Shown here: one piece after another, positions 33,669 through 43,473 of the stretch | Position numbering within the stretch: the stretch's first letter is position 1 | Layout: each line of letters begins with the position of its first letter | Source of the DNA: Candidatus Latescibacterota bacterium | GTDB taxonomy: Bacteria > Latescibacterota > UBA2968 > UBA8231 | Reading direction: 5' to 3' | Length of the DNA: 64,000 nt | Assembly: GCA_965206595.1 (NCBI GenBank) | Contig: OZ242214.1 | Location: 4,096,001-4,160,000, forward strand | Program-made: the position numbers and the translations under genes | The notes under the pieces: model-generated | The model's input: only the letters and a program-made list of their open reading frames with translations | Told to the model about the DNA's origin: nothing | Databases searched by the model: none

Positions 33669-34442
33669 ATGACCACGACGCTGCCGGCGACATTCCGGAC
33701 CAACGAAGCCTGTGCCGCCGAGCGGGACCTGCGCGTCCAGCTCGCCGCGGCCTACCGGATTTTCGACCACCTCGGCTGGTGCGAGCTGATCTACGGCCAC
33801 ATCTCCATGCGGGTGCCGGGGCTGGAGCACCACTTCCTCATCAACCCGTACGGCCTGCGCTACGACGAGATCACCGCCTCCGGCCTGGTGAAGATCGATC
33901 TCGACGGCAACCTCGTCGAGCCTTCCGAGTACTCCTTCAATCCGGCCGGCTTCGTCATTCACAGCGCCATCCACGAGCACCGGGAAGACGCGCATTGCGT
34001 CATGCACACCCACACCCGCGCCGGCATGGCGGTCGCCGCGCTGGAGTGCGGTCTGCTTCCGGTCAGCATGAACGGGATGAGCTTTCACGGGAACCTCGCC
34101 TACCACGACTTCGAGGGCTCCATGCTCCTGCTCGAGGAGCGGGAGAAGCTGGCCGGCGACCTCGGCAGCGCCGACGCCCTCATCCTGCGCAACCACGGTC
34201 TGCTGTCGGTCGGTCGCACCATCGCCGAGGCCTTCCTCTACCTGTACCGCCTCGAAAGCGCCTGCCGGGTCCAGCTCGACGCCATGGCCTGCGGCCGGCT
34301 GCAGTACCCGCCGCAGGAAGCGGTCGAGCGCTCGGCCCGGCAGATGCGGGAGTTCGCGCGCTGCGCCGCCGACACCGGCCAGCTGGAGTTCGACGCGCTG
34401 GTGCGCCTGGTCGAAGAGAAGGACCCCTCGTTCCGCGGCTAG
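33669..34442 (+). CDS. Class II aldolase/adducin family protein
   Basis: GHIS, FVIHSAIH, MHTHT, LRNHGLL. Confidence 0.9.
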   Translation: MTTTLPATFRTNEACAAERDLRVQLAAAYRIFDHLGWCELIYGHISMRVPGLEHHFLINPYGLRYDEITASGLVKIDLDGNLVEPSEYSFNPAGFVIHSAIHEHREDAHCVMHTHTRAGMAVAALECGLLPVSMNGMSFHGNLAYHDFEGSMLLLEEREKLAGDLGSADALILRNHGLLSVGRTIAEAFLYLYRLESACRVQLDAMACGRLQYPPQEAVERSARQMREFARCAADTGQLEFDALVRLVEEKDPSFRG

Positions 34443-34595
34443 GTGCCCTGCCCCAGGTACGCAAGCGTACGAACGCGGGCACCGAAACCCCGGACCCGCG
34501 AGGCGCAGCGTCGTACGGAGTGAGTACGGCGAGCGAAGGCGACGCACCGAGACGGGCGGAAGTCACCCGAAAACTGCGCGCGAAGGCAATCAGGT
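34443..34595 (-). repeat. Degenerate dispersed repeat (MITE-like), related to 59930-60045
   Basis: Shares TTCGCTCGCCGTAC and CGTTCGT(A/C)CGC at conserved spacing. Confidence 0.55.
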
Positions 34596-34596
34596 T

Positions 34597-35259
34597 CTAC
34601 CGTTTGCGCGCCAGCGTCAGGCCGTCCCCGATCGACAGCAGCGACACGTCGACGCGCTCGTCGCGGTGGAGGGCGGCGTTGAGCTCGCGGATGGCCACCG
34701 TATCCTCGTCCACTTCCTCCGGGCGCGCGGGCCGGCCGTTCCAGAGCACGTTGTCGATCAGGATCAGTCCTCCCGGGCGCAGCAACTCGAGGCAGCTCTC
34801 GTAGTACGAACCGTAGTTGACCTTGTCGGCATCGATGAAGGCGAGGTCGTAGCTGCCCGAGGCGCCGGCGTCGAGAAGGGCGGACAAGGTATCGGCCGCC
34901 GGCCCCAGTCGCAGGTCGATCTTGCCGGCCACCCCCGCTTCCTGCCAGTAGCGGCGCGCCGTCGACGTGTACTCCTCGCTTACATCGCAGGCGGTCAGCC
35001 TGCCGGATTCGGGAAGGGCCTGCGCCATGACGAGGGCGCTGTACCCGGTGAAGGACCCGATTTCCAGGATTCGCCTGGCCCCCGTCAGCTTTACGAGCAA
35101 GGCCATGAACTGCCCCTGGTCGGGCGAGATCTGCATCATCCCGCCCGGCATCGCCGCGGTCTCCTCGCGGAGGCGGGCAAGCAGCGGAGTGTCGCGCAGC
35201 GAGTTGGCGAGGATGTAATCGTAGAGCGCGGCGTCTATGTAGTTGTTGCGGCTGCTCAT
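34597..35259 (-). CDS. SAM-dependent O-methyltransferase (caffeoyl-CoA OMT family)
   Basis: MQISPDQGQF, LEIGSFTGYS, FIDADK, DNVLWNG, IGDGLTL. Confidence 0.92.
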   Translation of the reverse strand: MSSRNNYIDAALYDYILANSLRDTPLLARLREETAAMPGGMMQISPDQGQFMALLVKLTGARRILEIGSFTGYSALVMAQALPESGRLTACDVSEEYTSTARRYWQEAGVAGKIDLRLGPAADTLSALLDAGASGSYDLAFIDADKVNYGSYYESCLELLRPGGLILIDNVLWNGRPARPEEVDEDTVAIRELNAALHRDERVDVSLLSIGDGLTLARKR

Positions 35260-35309
35260 TCCTGCTGCCTTATTTGGTCATTCAACTTTTCGAGGAGCAA
35301 GACATAGAC

Positions 35310-35750
35310 GTGCAACGCTGGATGATCCTGTCATTCCCCATGGCTGTCCTGTTGGGATGCAGCGGGATAGGTGGCCCTGATTACGAACCGTTCGTCGATT
35401 CCTACGTCATTGAGGAAAAAATCAGCGATGAATCGTATCGAGTCTATCGGTTCGATTTGCCGACGAGCGGCAGGGATTTTTCCTTGAGTGGATGGTTCAA
35501 AGTGACCTCCGGGGGGAGTCACGACATCAACGCGTACGTAGTGGACGCAACGGAATTCACCAATTTCCGCAGTGGAAACAATTTTTATCCCCTGTATTCA
35601 CGAAATAGAGTCACCACCGGCCGGTTCGACAATATCCCTCTGTCGCGAGAACGCGGTCCCTTCTATTTCATCTTGAGCAACAGATTTTCTTTGTTCACTG
35701 ACAAGTGGGTTGAAGGCGAAGTTACCTTGCAATACGAGCGGAAAATCTGA
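35310..35750 (+). CDS. Putative lipoprotein with a beta-sandwich (GOLD-like) domain
   Basis: Lipobox LLGC; ...YFILSNRFSLFTDKWV; lower GC. Confidence 0.65.
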   Translation: MQRWMILSFPMAVLLGCSGIGGPDYEPFVDSYVIEEKISDESYRVYRFDLPTSGRDFSLSGWFKVTSGGSHDINAYVVDATEFTNFRSGNNFYPLYSRNRVTTGRFDNIPLSRERGPFYFILSNRFSLFTDKWVEGEVTLQYERKI

Positions 35751-35842
35751 CACCGGCAGCCTCGGGCTGGCTCTGATTGCTTACTGTTCCCAAGCAGCCG
35801 CTAAAAGCCCGGACAAAAAAAGCGATGGAGGCCGCCGGCCGA

Positions 35843-36835
35843 TCACTCCTCGGCGGTGATCTGGTCGTAGAACTTGATGATGTCCCCCCTGTCCTCCGAC
35901 TGGTTGAAGGCCATGCCGGAACGCGGGTGCTCGTTGAGCATTCCCGTAAGCATGTAGGGGTAGTCGTATCCCCACAGCAGCTTGGAGCGCAGCGGCTCGA
36001 TGTGTTCCTGGATGCACTTGAGGATGGGGCGGAGGCGGTACTTCGGGTTGTGGAGAAAGCCGATCAGCAGCTCCATCTGGCAGTTGCCGGCGCCGCGGCC
36101 GAGCCCGGCGACACTGGCGTCGAGCATGTTGGCCCCCTTGACGATCGCCTGCACCGTGTTGGCGAAGGCGAGCTGCTGGTTGTTGTGGCAGTGGATGCCG
36201 ATCTCCTTGCCCGAATCCCTGGTGAAACCGAGGAACTTGCCCATCAGGAATTCGATCTGCTCCCCGTACATCGAACCGAAGCTGTCGACGACGTAGATGC
36301 TGCCGACCGGGGATTCCATCAGCAGGGCAAGGGCCTCGTCCATCTCGTTTTCCTGGACCGTCGACGCCGCCATCAGGTTGAGGGTGGTCTCGTACCCCTT
36401 GTCGTAGGCGTCCCGGATCATGTCCAGCGCCAGCGGTATCTGGTGGATGTAGGTGGCGATGCGGATCATGTCGAGGACGCTCTGGTCGCTCGGCAGGATA
36501 TCCTCCTTGTAATCGCTCTTCTCGGCGTCCGCCATGGCGCACAGCTTGAGGCCGGTGTCGTTGTCGCCGACGATGCGGCGGATGTCCTCTTCGCGGCTGT
36601 GGCGCCAGGGTCCGAACTCGCCCGGCGGGAACTGTTCGCGGGAGTTGATGTAGCCGATCTCCATGTAGTCGACCCCGGCCTCGACGCAGGCGGTGTACAC
36701 GCCGCGGACCACTTCGTCCTCGAACTGGCTGTCGTTCATCAGGCCTCCGTCCCGGATCGTGCAGTCCAGAACGCGGATCTCTTCCCGGTAGGAGATCCAC
36801 TCGGCTACAGGCTGGTGCTGTTCGTTTTCACTCAT
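35843..36835 (-). CDS. HMGL-like (DRE-TIM) aldolase family protein
   Basis: LDCTIRDGG, VDSFG, GIHCHNNQQLAFAN, GLGRGAGN. Confidence 0.9.
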   Translation of the reverse strand: MSENEQHQPVAEWISYREEIRVLDCTIRDGGLMNDSQFEDEVVRGVYTACVEAGVDYMEIGYINSREQFPPGEFGPWRHSREEDIRRIVGDNDTGLKLCAMADAEKSDYKEDILPSDQSVLDMIRIATYIHQIPLALDMIRDAYDKGYETTLNLMAASTVQENEMDEALALLMESPVGSIYVVDSFGSMYGEQIEFLMGKFLGFTRDSGKEIGIHCHNNQQLAFANTVQAIVKGANMLDASVAGLGRGAGNCQMELLIGFLHNPKYRLRPILKCIQEHIEPLRSKLLWGYDYPYMLTGMLNEHPRSGMAFNQSEDRGDIIKFYDQITAEE

Positions 36836-36955
36836 CTCTCTTCCCTGAGGTCGGTTGGATTGGGACAAGTGCGTACCTAAAGCCGCACCGCTGGAAAAAA
36901 CGCGAGACAGGAAACATAAAGCAGTTTTCAGCAGGTGATCTATTTGAGAGGTGGC

Positions 36956-37399
36956 TCAGGACAACAGACCGATGCAGCACTTCTTGAACTTCTTGCCGCT
37001 CCCGCATGGGCAGGGATCGTTGCGGCCGACGTTTTCATACGGTTTGCGGTACGTCTCCCCGCGAACGGAGCCGTCATCGCGAAAGCTCTCGGCGTAGCGC
37101 CCCTCGACCTGGGACAGATAGCTCAGCCAGCGTCCTTCCTGCGGCGAATTCCCGGTGGAGGTGACGTACTCGAGAAAGGCGCCGAGCAGTTTCGGGAAGG
37201 CCTTGCGGCTCGCAAGAGGCAGGTCGAGTCTGGCTACTCTCTTCATGCCCGCCTCGAATCCCTCGACGGAAGGGTCCTCGCCGACTTCGTCGCACCAGGC
37301 GGAAAGAAACAGCTCGGCTGTGCGTTTCGATTCGGATTCGAACAGCGCGAACTGTTCCGAGGAGCAATACGGAGAGACCCAGTCGGCAAGCGCGCTCAT
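36956..37399 (-). CDS. SEC-C motif domain protein
   Basis: C-terminal [19 protein letters not shown]. Confidence 0.85.
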   Translation of the reverse strand: MSALADWVSPYCSSEQFALFESESKRTAELFLSAWCDEVGEDPSVEGFEAGMKRVARLDLPLASRKAFPKLLGAFLEYVTSTGNSPQEGRWLSYLSQVEGRYAESFRDDGSVRGETYRKPYENVGRNDPCPCGSGKKFKKCCIGLLS

Positions 37400-37661
37400 T
37401 CGTTGCTCCGGAGTGACTTCACTCCTCCTCCCAGTCGAGCAGGACCCCCGTCGCTTCTCCCGGTCTGTTGTAGAGCAGGTCGAAGGCAACGGCCGCATTC
37501 CGGTAAGGGAAGCGGTGCGTTCCCGGCTGCGGGATCGGAGCTTCTTCTGAGTTTTCGCCATCGCAGCCGGAGCCGGGAGCATATGGGTTTCCTGACTTTC
37601 GGCGGCCGCGGGGGGGAGCGATGGGGCCATTGGGTGGAGTTGAACGTCATGGCCGCCGATT

Positions 37662-38897
37662 TCAGAAGGTCTTCTTCAGGGCGGCGTCGATCTCGTCCTG
37701 GTAGGTGCTGAGCTCACCGCTCTCCACCTCGCTCATCTTCACCGGACGGCCCGCCACCGAAGACTCGAAGATCGCGTAGACCGCGGCGACGTCCTTCATC
37801 CCCTCGACGCCGTCGACCTCGAGCTGGCGCCCGTTCAGGATCGCATCGCCGAGCTCGAAATACTCCAGGGCAAGCAGCCTGAAGTCGATGTTTTCCCCGG
37901 TCACCTTGTCGGGGAAGAAGTGGGCTGCCAGGGGCTCGAGCTCCAGCTCCCCGGCAGAGGCCATGAGCTCTTCGTACGGGACTTCCTCCTCACCGGTCCT
38001 GACAAGGCAGGTGCTTCCCCCCCGGGTTCCGAAGCCGCGCAGGGCGCCCCCATCGCCGAAGATCATCTCGCCGCCGCAGTCCCCGTGCCCGCCGATGCCG
38101 ACCATCCAGCTTACGAAGGCCCCGCTTTCGAGACGCATGCTGGCGATGGATACGTCCTCGGCAGTGGCCGGGTACTGGGCCGCCATCGCCTCGAGGCGCT
38201 GGCGGTAGAACTCGTTCTGGACTCCGATTCCCTCCGGTTTCCTTCTCACCGGCTCGACGAGGCGCACGTCTCCGTACACCTCCTCGATGTCGCCGAGCTG
38301 GTAGCGGATCAGGTCGGTGAAGTGAACGCCGACGTCGAGGACCATGCCCCCCCGGTCCTTCAGGTGGCGCCACGGAGTGATGAACACACTGTCGCCTCCG
38401 CTCAGGTGGTGGAATGTGGCCATGTACGGGGTGCCGATCCTTCCCTCCCGCAGCAGGTGGTTGACCAGCCTCGCCGAAGGGTCGCGGCGGAAGTTCTCGG
38501 CGACCGACAGCAGACGGCCGTTGCGTTCGGCGGCTTCCATCATCGCCAGGCAACCTTTGACGGTGATCGCCATCGGCTTCTCCACCATGACGTGGAGGCC
38601 GAGGTCGAGGGACTGGCACACCACCTCTTCGTGAAAGCAGGGATCGACGACGACGTCGACGGCCTGCAGCCCGGGCACGGCTGCCGCCATCTCTTCGACG
38701 GAGGTGAAGACGGGGGGCCTGAACCCCATCATCTGTTCGACCTGCGCCGCGGCCATTTCGGCGTTGTCCCGGCTGATGTCGCACAATCCCACCAGCTCGA
38801 TGTTGGCGAATGGGGTGCTCAACAGCTCGTTCAACCCGCTCAGGTGACGGCCGCCCATGCCGCCGCAACCGATCACCGCCAGTTCAGCCTTGTCCAC
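37662..38897 (-). CDS. Gfo/Idh/MocA family oxidoreductase
   Basis: [27 protein letters not shown]; AGGAG RBS before the GTG. Confidence 0.9.
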   Translation of the reverse strand: MDKAELAVIGCGGMGGRHLSGLNELLSTPFANIELVGLCDISRDNAEMAAAQVEQMMGFRPPVFTSVEEMAAAVPGLQAVDVVVDPCFHEEVVCQSLDLGLHVMVEKPMAITVKGCLAMMEAAERNGRLLSVAENFRRDPSARLVNHLLREGRIGTPYMATFHHLSGGDSVFITPWRHLKDRGGMVLDVGVHFTDLIRYQLGDIEEVYGDVRLVEPVRRKPEGIGVQNEFYRQRLEAMAAQYPATAEDVSIASMRLESGAFVSWMVGIGGHGDCGGEMIFGDGGALRGFGTRGGSTCLVRTGEEEVPYEELMASAGELELEPLAAHFFPDKVTGENIDFRLLALEYFELGDAILNGRQLEVDGVEGMKDVAAVYAIFESSVAGRPVKMSEVESGELSTYQDEIDAALKKTF

Positions 38898-38914
38898 TGA
38901 ATTTCTCCTGTTCG

Positions 38915-39385
38915 CTATGGGTCGGTACGGCTCATTGATCCCGGCTGTGCCAGACGCGCACCCCGAGGCGGACACCGGGACTGCCGTCGGAGCGATAGCG
39001 CGGATATCCTCCGGCCGATTCGTGTCGCCGACCGCGGCGACAGCTCGATCACCCTGGACTCGTCGGCCGCCTCCCAGTCGGTGGCGGCCTTGTCCTCCCA
39101 GCTTATCCACTGGCCGCCTAGCGACTTCATGACCAGCACACCCGTTCCTGCCTCCAGGGATTTCCTCAGCCCCGCCTCCTGGCAGCGGCAGACGTAGTTG
39201 TAGATCACCAGGTCGGCGTCGGCATCCGGGTCGGGGCCGTTGGCGGCGTAGTCCTGCTGGCCTTTCGGGGAATGCTTCTCCCCGGGGGGCGGGTGCCCGA
39301 CGAACCCCTCGTAGTGGGCGAGCAACCCGCCCAGGGCGATGGTGCTCAACTCAAGGTCGGTTCTGCCGAATCGGCGGTACTCCAT
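38915..39385 (-). pseudogene. Aldo/keto reductase remnant with internal deletions
   Basis: MEYRRFGRTDLELSTIALGG...GVLVMKSLGG; far shorter than a full AKR. Confidence 0.7.
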
Positions 39386-39623
39386 CTTGCACTGCCTTTT
39401 TGGGGGTACGCAGTCGAATCGGCGCCAAATGTAGGAACTGAAGCAGGTCAATGCCGCGAAAGCCAGTCTCGGGCCAGGAGCACCGTTTCGAGGCCCCGGC
39501 CGGCGGTGCTCCAATAATCGAGAAAGGTGCGGCAGCCCGGGCGGCCGCAGCCGCAACCCGAAACTGCAGCTCTCCAACCGGTAGTAGAGAGGCAGGGCAT
39601 GTGGGATCAGGTGGTCCCCGGTC

Positions 39624-41534
39624 TCACAGCTCGGGAGGAACCTCCCAGGCTGCGTCGAAACCCCCGGCACCCTCGATGCGGAAGCGGTTCTCCGCGAGGT
39701 CGAATTCCGCGGCGACTCCGTTGGCGAACTCGGTGCGCTGCCAGGAACCTTCCCCGTCGAGGAATCGGTGCGACACCATCTCGGAAAAGGCGACGGCGCG
39801 ATGAAAGGCGCTCCAGCGGACAAGCCACTGCTGTTTGGCGCGCTGCTGCTCGCTACCCCAGTTGGCCATCGGCACGACGGGGTAGGGGAGCCAGTTGTAC
39901 GACGGGGCGGAAGCGAACATCAGCTCGTACAGACGCGGGGTGCGGTCTTTCCACCAGTCGTAGCCCTTGGCGCAGGCGCTGTACCCGCCCCCGGAGAAGC
40001 CGGCCATGAAGCAGTCGTGGAAGACAAGCTGGAACAGCGGCACCGGCCGGCCGATTGGGGCGGAGCAGCCCTGGCTGGGCTCGTTCGACAGCCGGTCGCC
40101 GGCCCAGTCGGTGAAGAAGAAGAAGTCGCACTCCCCGATCGCCCAGAAACGGGCGAGCTCGGCCCCGGGCATGAGGCCGCGGCGCCGGGTCTCGGCGAAA
40201 CAGGCGGTTTCCGCCTCGATGTTGGCGCGCCGCGTCATCCGGTGCGGCGGCGAGAAATCCTCGGGCAGGCCGGCGTGAGCGGCGAAGCCGTCGCAGTACA
40301 TCGCATCCAGCTTGAGCCCGTGGTGCTCCAGCGAGTCGAAGATCATCCCCATGCGCTCGACGGCGTCCCGGCAGCTGAGAAGCCGGCCGCGTCTGCCCTT
40401 GCCGTCGAGGGGGTACCGGTCAGGGTCGTACGCGGCCCCTTCCGGCACCTGCATTCCCGGGTTCACGAACCCCTGAACCAGGCAGCCGAGTTCGCGGAGC
40501 CGGCGCTCGAGCCGCACCAGGGTGCCCCAGCCGCCGGGAACCGGGTCCGGGTGCAGGTAGGCCTGCCAGCCTGCGGTGCAGGAGGTCGGCGTCCCTTCCT
40601 CGGGGGAGTACCCGGCGGGAGACCACTTGGGGAAGAAGAAGTTGATTCCGATTCCATCGTTGCGAAGGCGGCGCACGTCCTCGATCACGGCCTCTCCTTC
40701 GTCGGGGTTCCAGGCCGGCCAGCGGTAGAGGACGTTGCCGGCGTAGCCGCGGATCGCCGGAGTCTGCTCGGCTTTTTCCCGCAGGGGGCGCACCAGACCC
40801 TGACCCGAGGCCTGGTTGCGGAACCATTTCGCCATGCCGGTGTAATCAGTCTTTCCGGCGAACCGCAGGAGCAGCCGCCGCGGGTACGCGAGCCGGCCGA
40901 GGCTGGCCTCCCAGTTGAAGCTGATCGCCGAGAATTCACCGGGAATGTGTTCGGCGGCGACATCGCAGTCCCACCAGGTATCGACGAGGGCGCAGAGCGA
41001 CCGGTCGCCGGCGGCGAGCCCGAACAGCGGCAGAGTCCAGCGGGCTCCCACGAAGCCGCCGGGAGGGGCCGTGCCCGGCAGTTCTTCGCCACAGTCGGCA
41101 GGTATCAGGTACCCCGATCCGTGGGGCAGCAGCATCCAGCCGCCGAGTCCGACCGGCTTCTCGATCCGGTACAGGTCGCGAACGGCAAGGACCGTGCCGG
41201 CCCCTCCGAGCTGCTCCACCTGCACCAGGAGCTCTCCGGCATCGCCGTCGATGCCGAGAAAGAGGCCGACGACGACGTCGGCTCCATCGTATCCCTCCAG
41301 GCGCAGCCGCTGTCCCCGGAAGCGTCCTTCCTCCCAGGATTCGGAGGCGACGTTAGAGGCCGCGGCGAGTGGGGACTCGACACGGCCGCGGCCGTCCGCG
41401 GCTATCAGGCGGGGTGGGAGCCGGCGCGAGCTCTCCCACAGCGGTCGCCCGTCGGCCCGATGGATCGCCATCCGCAACTCGTCGTCGAGGCTGACGCGAA
41501 TGCCGCCTCCTGCCAGGGTGACTTCAGGTATCAT
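39624..41534 (-). CDS. Putative glycoside-hydrolase-like protein (GH129/DUF5696-like architecture)
   Basis: PHGSGYLIPA, DYTGMAKWFR, YCDGF, PVPLFQLVFHD, HRFLD...QRTEFANG. Confidence 0.6.
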   Translation of the reverse strand: MIPEVTLAGGGIRVSLDDELRMAIHRADGRPLWESSRRLPPRLIAADGRGRVESPLAAASNVASESWEEGRFRGQRLRLEGYDGADVVVGLFLGIDGDAGELLVQVEQLGGAGTVLAVRDLYRIEKPVGLGGWMLLPHGSGYLIPADCGEELPGTAPPGGFVGARWTLPLFGLAAGDRSLCALVDTWWDCDVAAEHIPGEFSAISFNWEASLGRLAYPRRLLLRFAGKTDYTGMAKWFRNQASGQGLVRPLREKAEQTPAIRGYAGNVLYRWPAWNPDEGEAVIEDVRRLRNDGIGINFFFPKWSPAGYSPEEGTPTSCTAGWQAYLHPDPVPGGWGTLVRLERRLRELGCLVQGFVNPGMQVPEGAAYDPDRYPLDGKGRRGRLLSCRDAVERMGMIFDSLEHHGLKLDAMYCDGFAAHAGLPEDFSPPHRMTRRANIEAETACFAETRRRGLMPGAELARFWAIGECDFFFFTDWAGDRLSNEPSQGCSAPIGRPVPLFQLVFHDCFMAGFSGGGYSACAKGYDWWKDRTPRLYELMFASAPSYNWLPYPVVPMANWGSEQQRAKQQWLVRWSAFHRAVAFSEMVSHRFLDGEGSWQRTEFANGVAAEFDLAENRFRIEGAGGFDAAWEVPPEL

Positions 41535-41779
41535 GAGCCAAAAATCTCACCTGCTGCCGGTATCCGTCCAGGTTTATCTCGGGGTAGCCCGCGGCAAGGC
41601 GGACTCGGCCGGTAGTTACATCCGTGAGCAGCAGCCCTTGCCGACGGTTTCCGGGTTCTGCCGTTCCCTCCCGCCTGCCTGGTCCTTACGCACCTCTTTG
41701 CACGGCAGGATCGCACACCGGTCCGAGGCCGACTTTCATGCTGCCGTCCCGCAGGGAGAATCCCGGCCGGGTTGCTGTA

Positions 41780-43036
41780 TCATGGCCCCAGGGCGGCGAT
41801 CGGTATTACGGCCACTCCGTCGTCGCGAAGGTACCCGTACCCGGAACTCACGATCACCCCGAGGGTTTGCGGCACTCCGGTCTTCTCCGCGTCCACGCGG
41901 TCCCGGAATTTCAGCAGGGCTGCTGCCGCGGCGTCGATCTGTCCGCCCCCCAGTTTGACCTCGAAGGCGCACCAGTCGCCCCGGGGGGTTTCCACTACCG
42001 CATCCACTTCGAGACCGGTGTTGTCCCGGTAGTGATACACCGAGGCGCCGCTTGCCCGGGCGTACACGGAGAGCTCGCGGTGGGCCAGCGACTCGAACAG
42101 CAGACCGAGCAGCTCGAGATCTGCCAGCAGCCGCTCGGGGGTCGCGCCGAGAGCGGCCGCGGCCAGGGACGGGTCGACGAAATGCCGCTTCGGCGCCTGG
42201 CGCAGCAGCGACCGCGAGCGCAGGTGGGGCGACCAGGACGGCTGCTCTTCGTAGACCATCAGCCGGCGCAAGGCGTCGAGGTAGCCGCTCACCGTGTCGA
42301 CGTCGAGGGGGCCGCGGTCGCCACCGGCATCCGCGGCGATGGTGCGGGCGCTGACCGGGGTCGCCAGGTTCCGCGCCAGCGAGCGCAGCACCCTGCCGAC
42401 GTTCTCGGGGTCGCGCCGGACTCCATCGGGGCGGGAGATGTCGGCGCGGCGGATCTCCTCGAGGTAGTCGCTGCGGGCGCCCTGGCATGCCGCGTCGGAA
42501 AGCCCGAGGTCGCCGGGCCAGCCTCCCCGGCACAGCTGCACCGCGGCCTCCCGCAGGGACAGGCCGGGGTTCTGGCAGCTCTCGAATCCACCCTGCAACA
42601 GGTTCTGCAGGGAGATCTCGCCCGTGGAGATACCGGTCTCCAGCAGGGTCATGGTGCGTAACCGGAGCCGGGAGATGCGCCCCGCCCCGGTATGGCGGGT
42701 GATGTCGTCCGCTGGGGCTGCCGAACCGGTCAAGATGAACTGCCCGCGTTTCGTGCCTCTGTCGACGGCCCGCCGGACGTGGTTCCACAGCCCCGGCTCG
42801 ATCTGCCATTCGTCGATCAGCCGCGGGTTGTCCCCGGCCAATACCAGGGACGGATCGACAGCCGCGGCGCTTCGCGCGTTCTCGTCGACATCGAGCAACA
42901 CCTCGCTGGCCGCAACCTCTCGGGCCATGGCGGTCTTGCCGCAGGCCCTGGGACCCTCGATCAGCACGGCGCCGGCGGACTCAAGTCGGCGGGCAAGCTC
43001 CCGGTCCCCGATTCGCGGGATATATGCGCTTTGCAT
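41780..43036 (-). CDS. AAA_14 ATPase with DUF4143 (wHTH plus PD-(D/E)XK-like C-terminus)
   Basis: IEGPRACGKT, LIDEWQ, ILTGSA, GAGR, KRHFVDPSL, EVDAVVE...AFEVKL; AAAGGA RBS. Confidence 0.92.
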   Translation of the reverse strand: MQSAYIPRIGDRELARRLESAGAVLIEGPRACGKTAMAREVAASEVLLDVDENARSAAAVDPSLVLAGDNPRLIDEWQIEPGLWNHVRRAVDRGTKRGQFILTGSAAPADDITRHTGAGRISRLRLRTMTLLETGISTGEISLQNLLQGGFESCQNPGLSLREAAVQLCRGGWPGDLGLSDAACQGARSDYLEEIRRADISRPDGVRRDPENVGRVLRSLARNLATPVSARTIAADAGGDRGPLDVDTVSGYLDALRRLMVYEEQPSWSPHLRSRSLLRQAPKRHFVDPSLAAAALGATPERLLADLELLGLLFESLAHRELSVYARASGASVYHYRDNTGLEVDAVVETPRGDWCAFEVKLGGGQIDAAAAALLKFRDRVDAEKTGVPQTLGVIVSSGYGYLRDDGVAVIPIAALGP

Positions 43037-43058
43037 GATGACATTTCCTTTATTCGAG

Positions 43059-43074
43059 CAGGTCGACCTGTCAA
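43059..43074 (-). promoter_or_regulatory. Palindrome CAGGTCGACCTG overlapping a TTGACA -35-like hexamer upstream of the ATPase
   Basis: 12-bp perfect palindrome at 43059-43070; TTGACA on minus strand at 43069-43074; no good -10. Confidence 0.4.
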
Positions 43075-43076
43075 TT

Positions 43077-43172
43077 GAAACGAAAACAACCGGGCAAATG
43101 AAATAAAAACAACCGGACGAATGAAACGAAGACAACCGGACGAATGAAACGAAGACAACCGGACGAATGAAA
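43077..43172. repeat. Four tandem 23-bp direct repeats
   Basis: GAAACGAAAACAACCGGGCAAAT, GAAATAAAAACAACCGGACGAAT, GAAACGAAGACAACCGGACGAAT twice, then GAAA. Confidence 0.95.
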
Positions 43173-43473
43173 ATCTACCGGGTAGGGAGGGTAATCCATG
43201 GACCCCCCGCAGCCACTTTTCCCGAAAAAAACTCCCCGGGGTCGGGGAGCAATTTTGCTTACAAATGGAACCTCTGTGAGCGGTTTACGTTCGCGGGATT
43301 CGCTTTCGCCCGAGGGTTGACAAGAAGGGCTGCCCCGGAATCGTGGCGATCTCCCGTGCCCGGGCGGCCCCATCAGTCGGAATGCCCGGGTCGCGGGTCG
43401 ATGGCCGCAACCGATCTTCCTACCTTTCCTGAAAGCCTCGTCAGGGAGCAGGACCGACCCACCGGAGACAAAC

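Noticed and set aside
43077-43172. CRISPR array
   Set aside because: Repeats are contiguous with no unique spacers, and there are no cas genes in the window.
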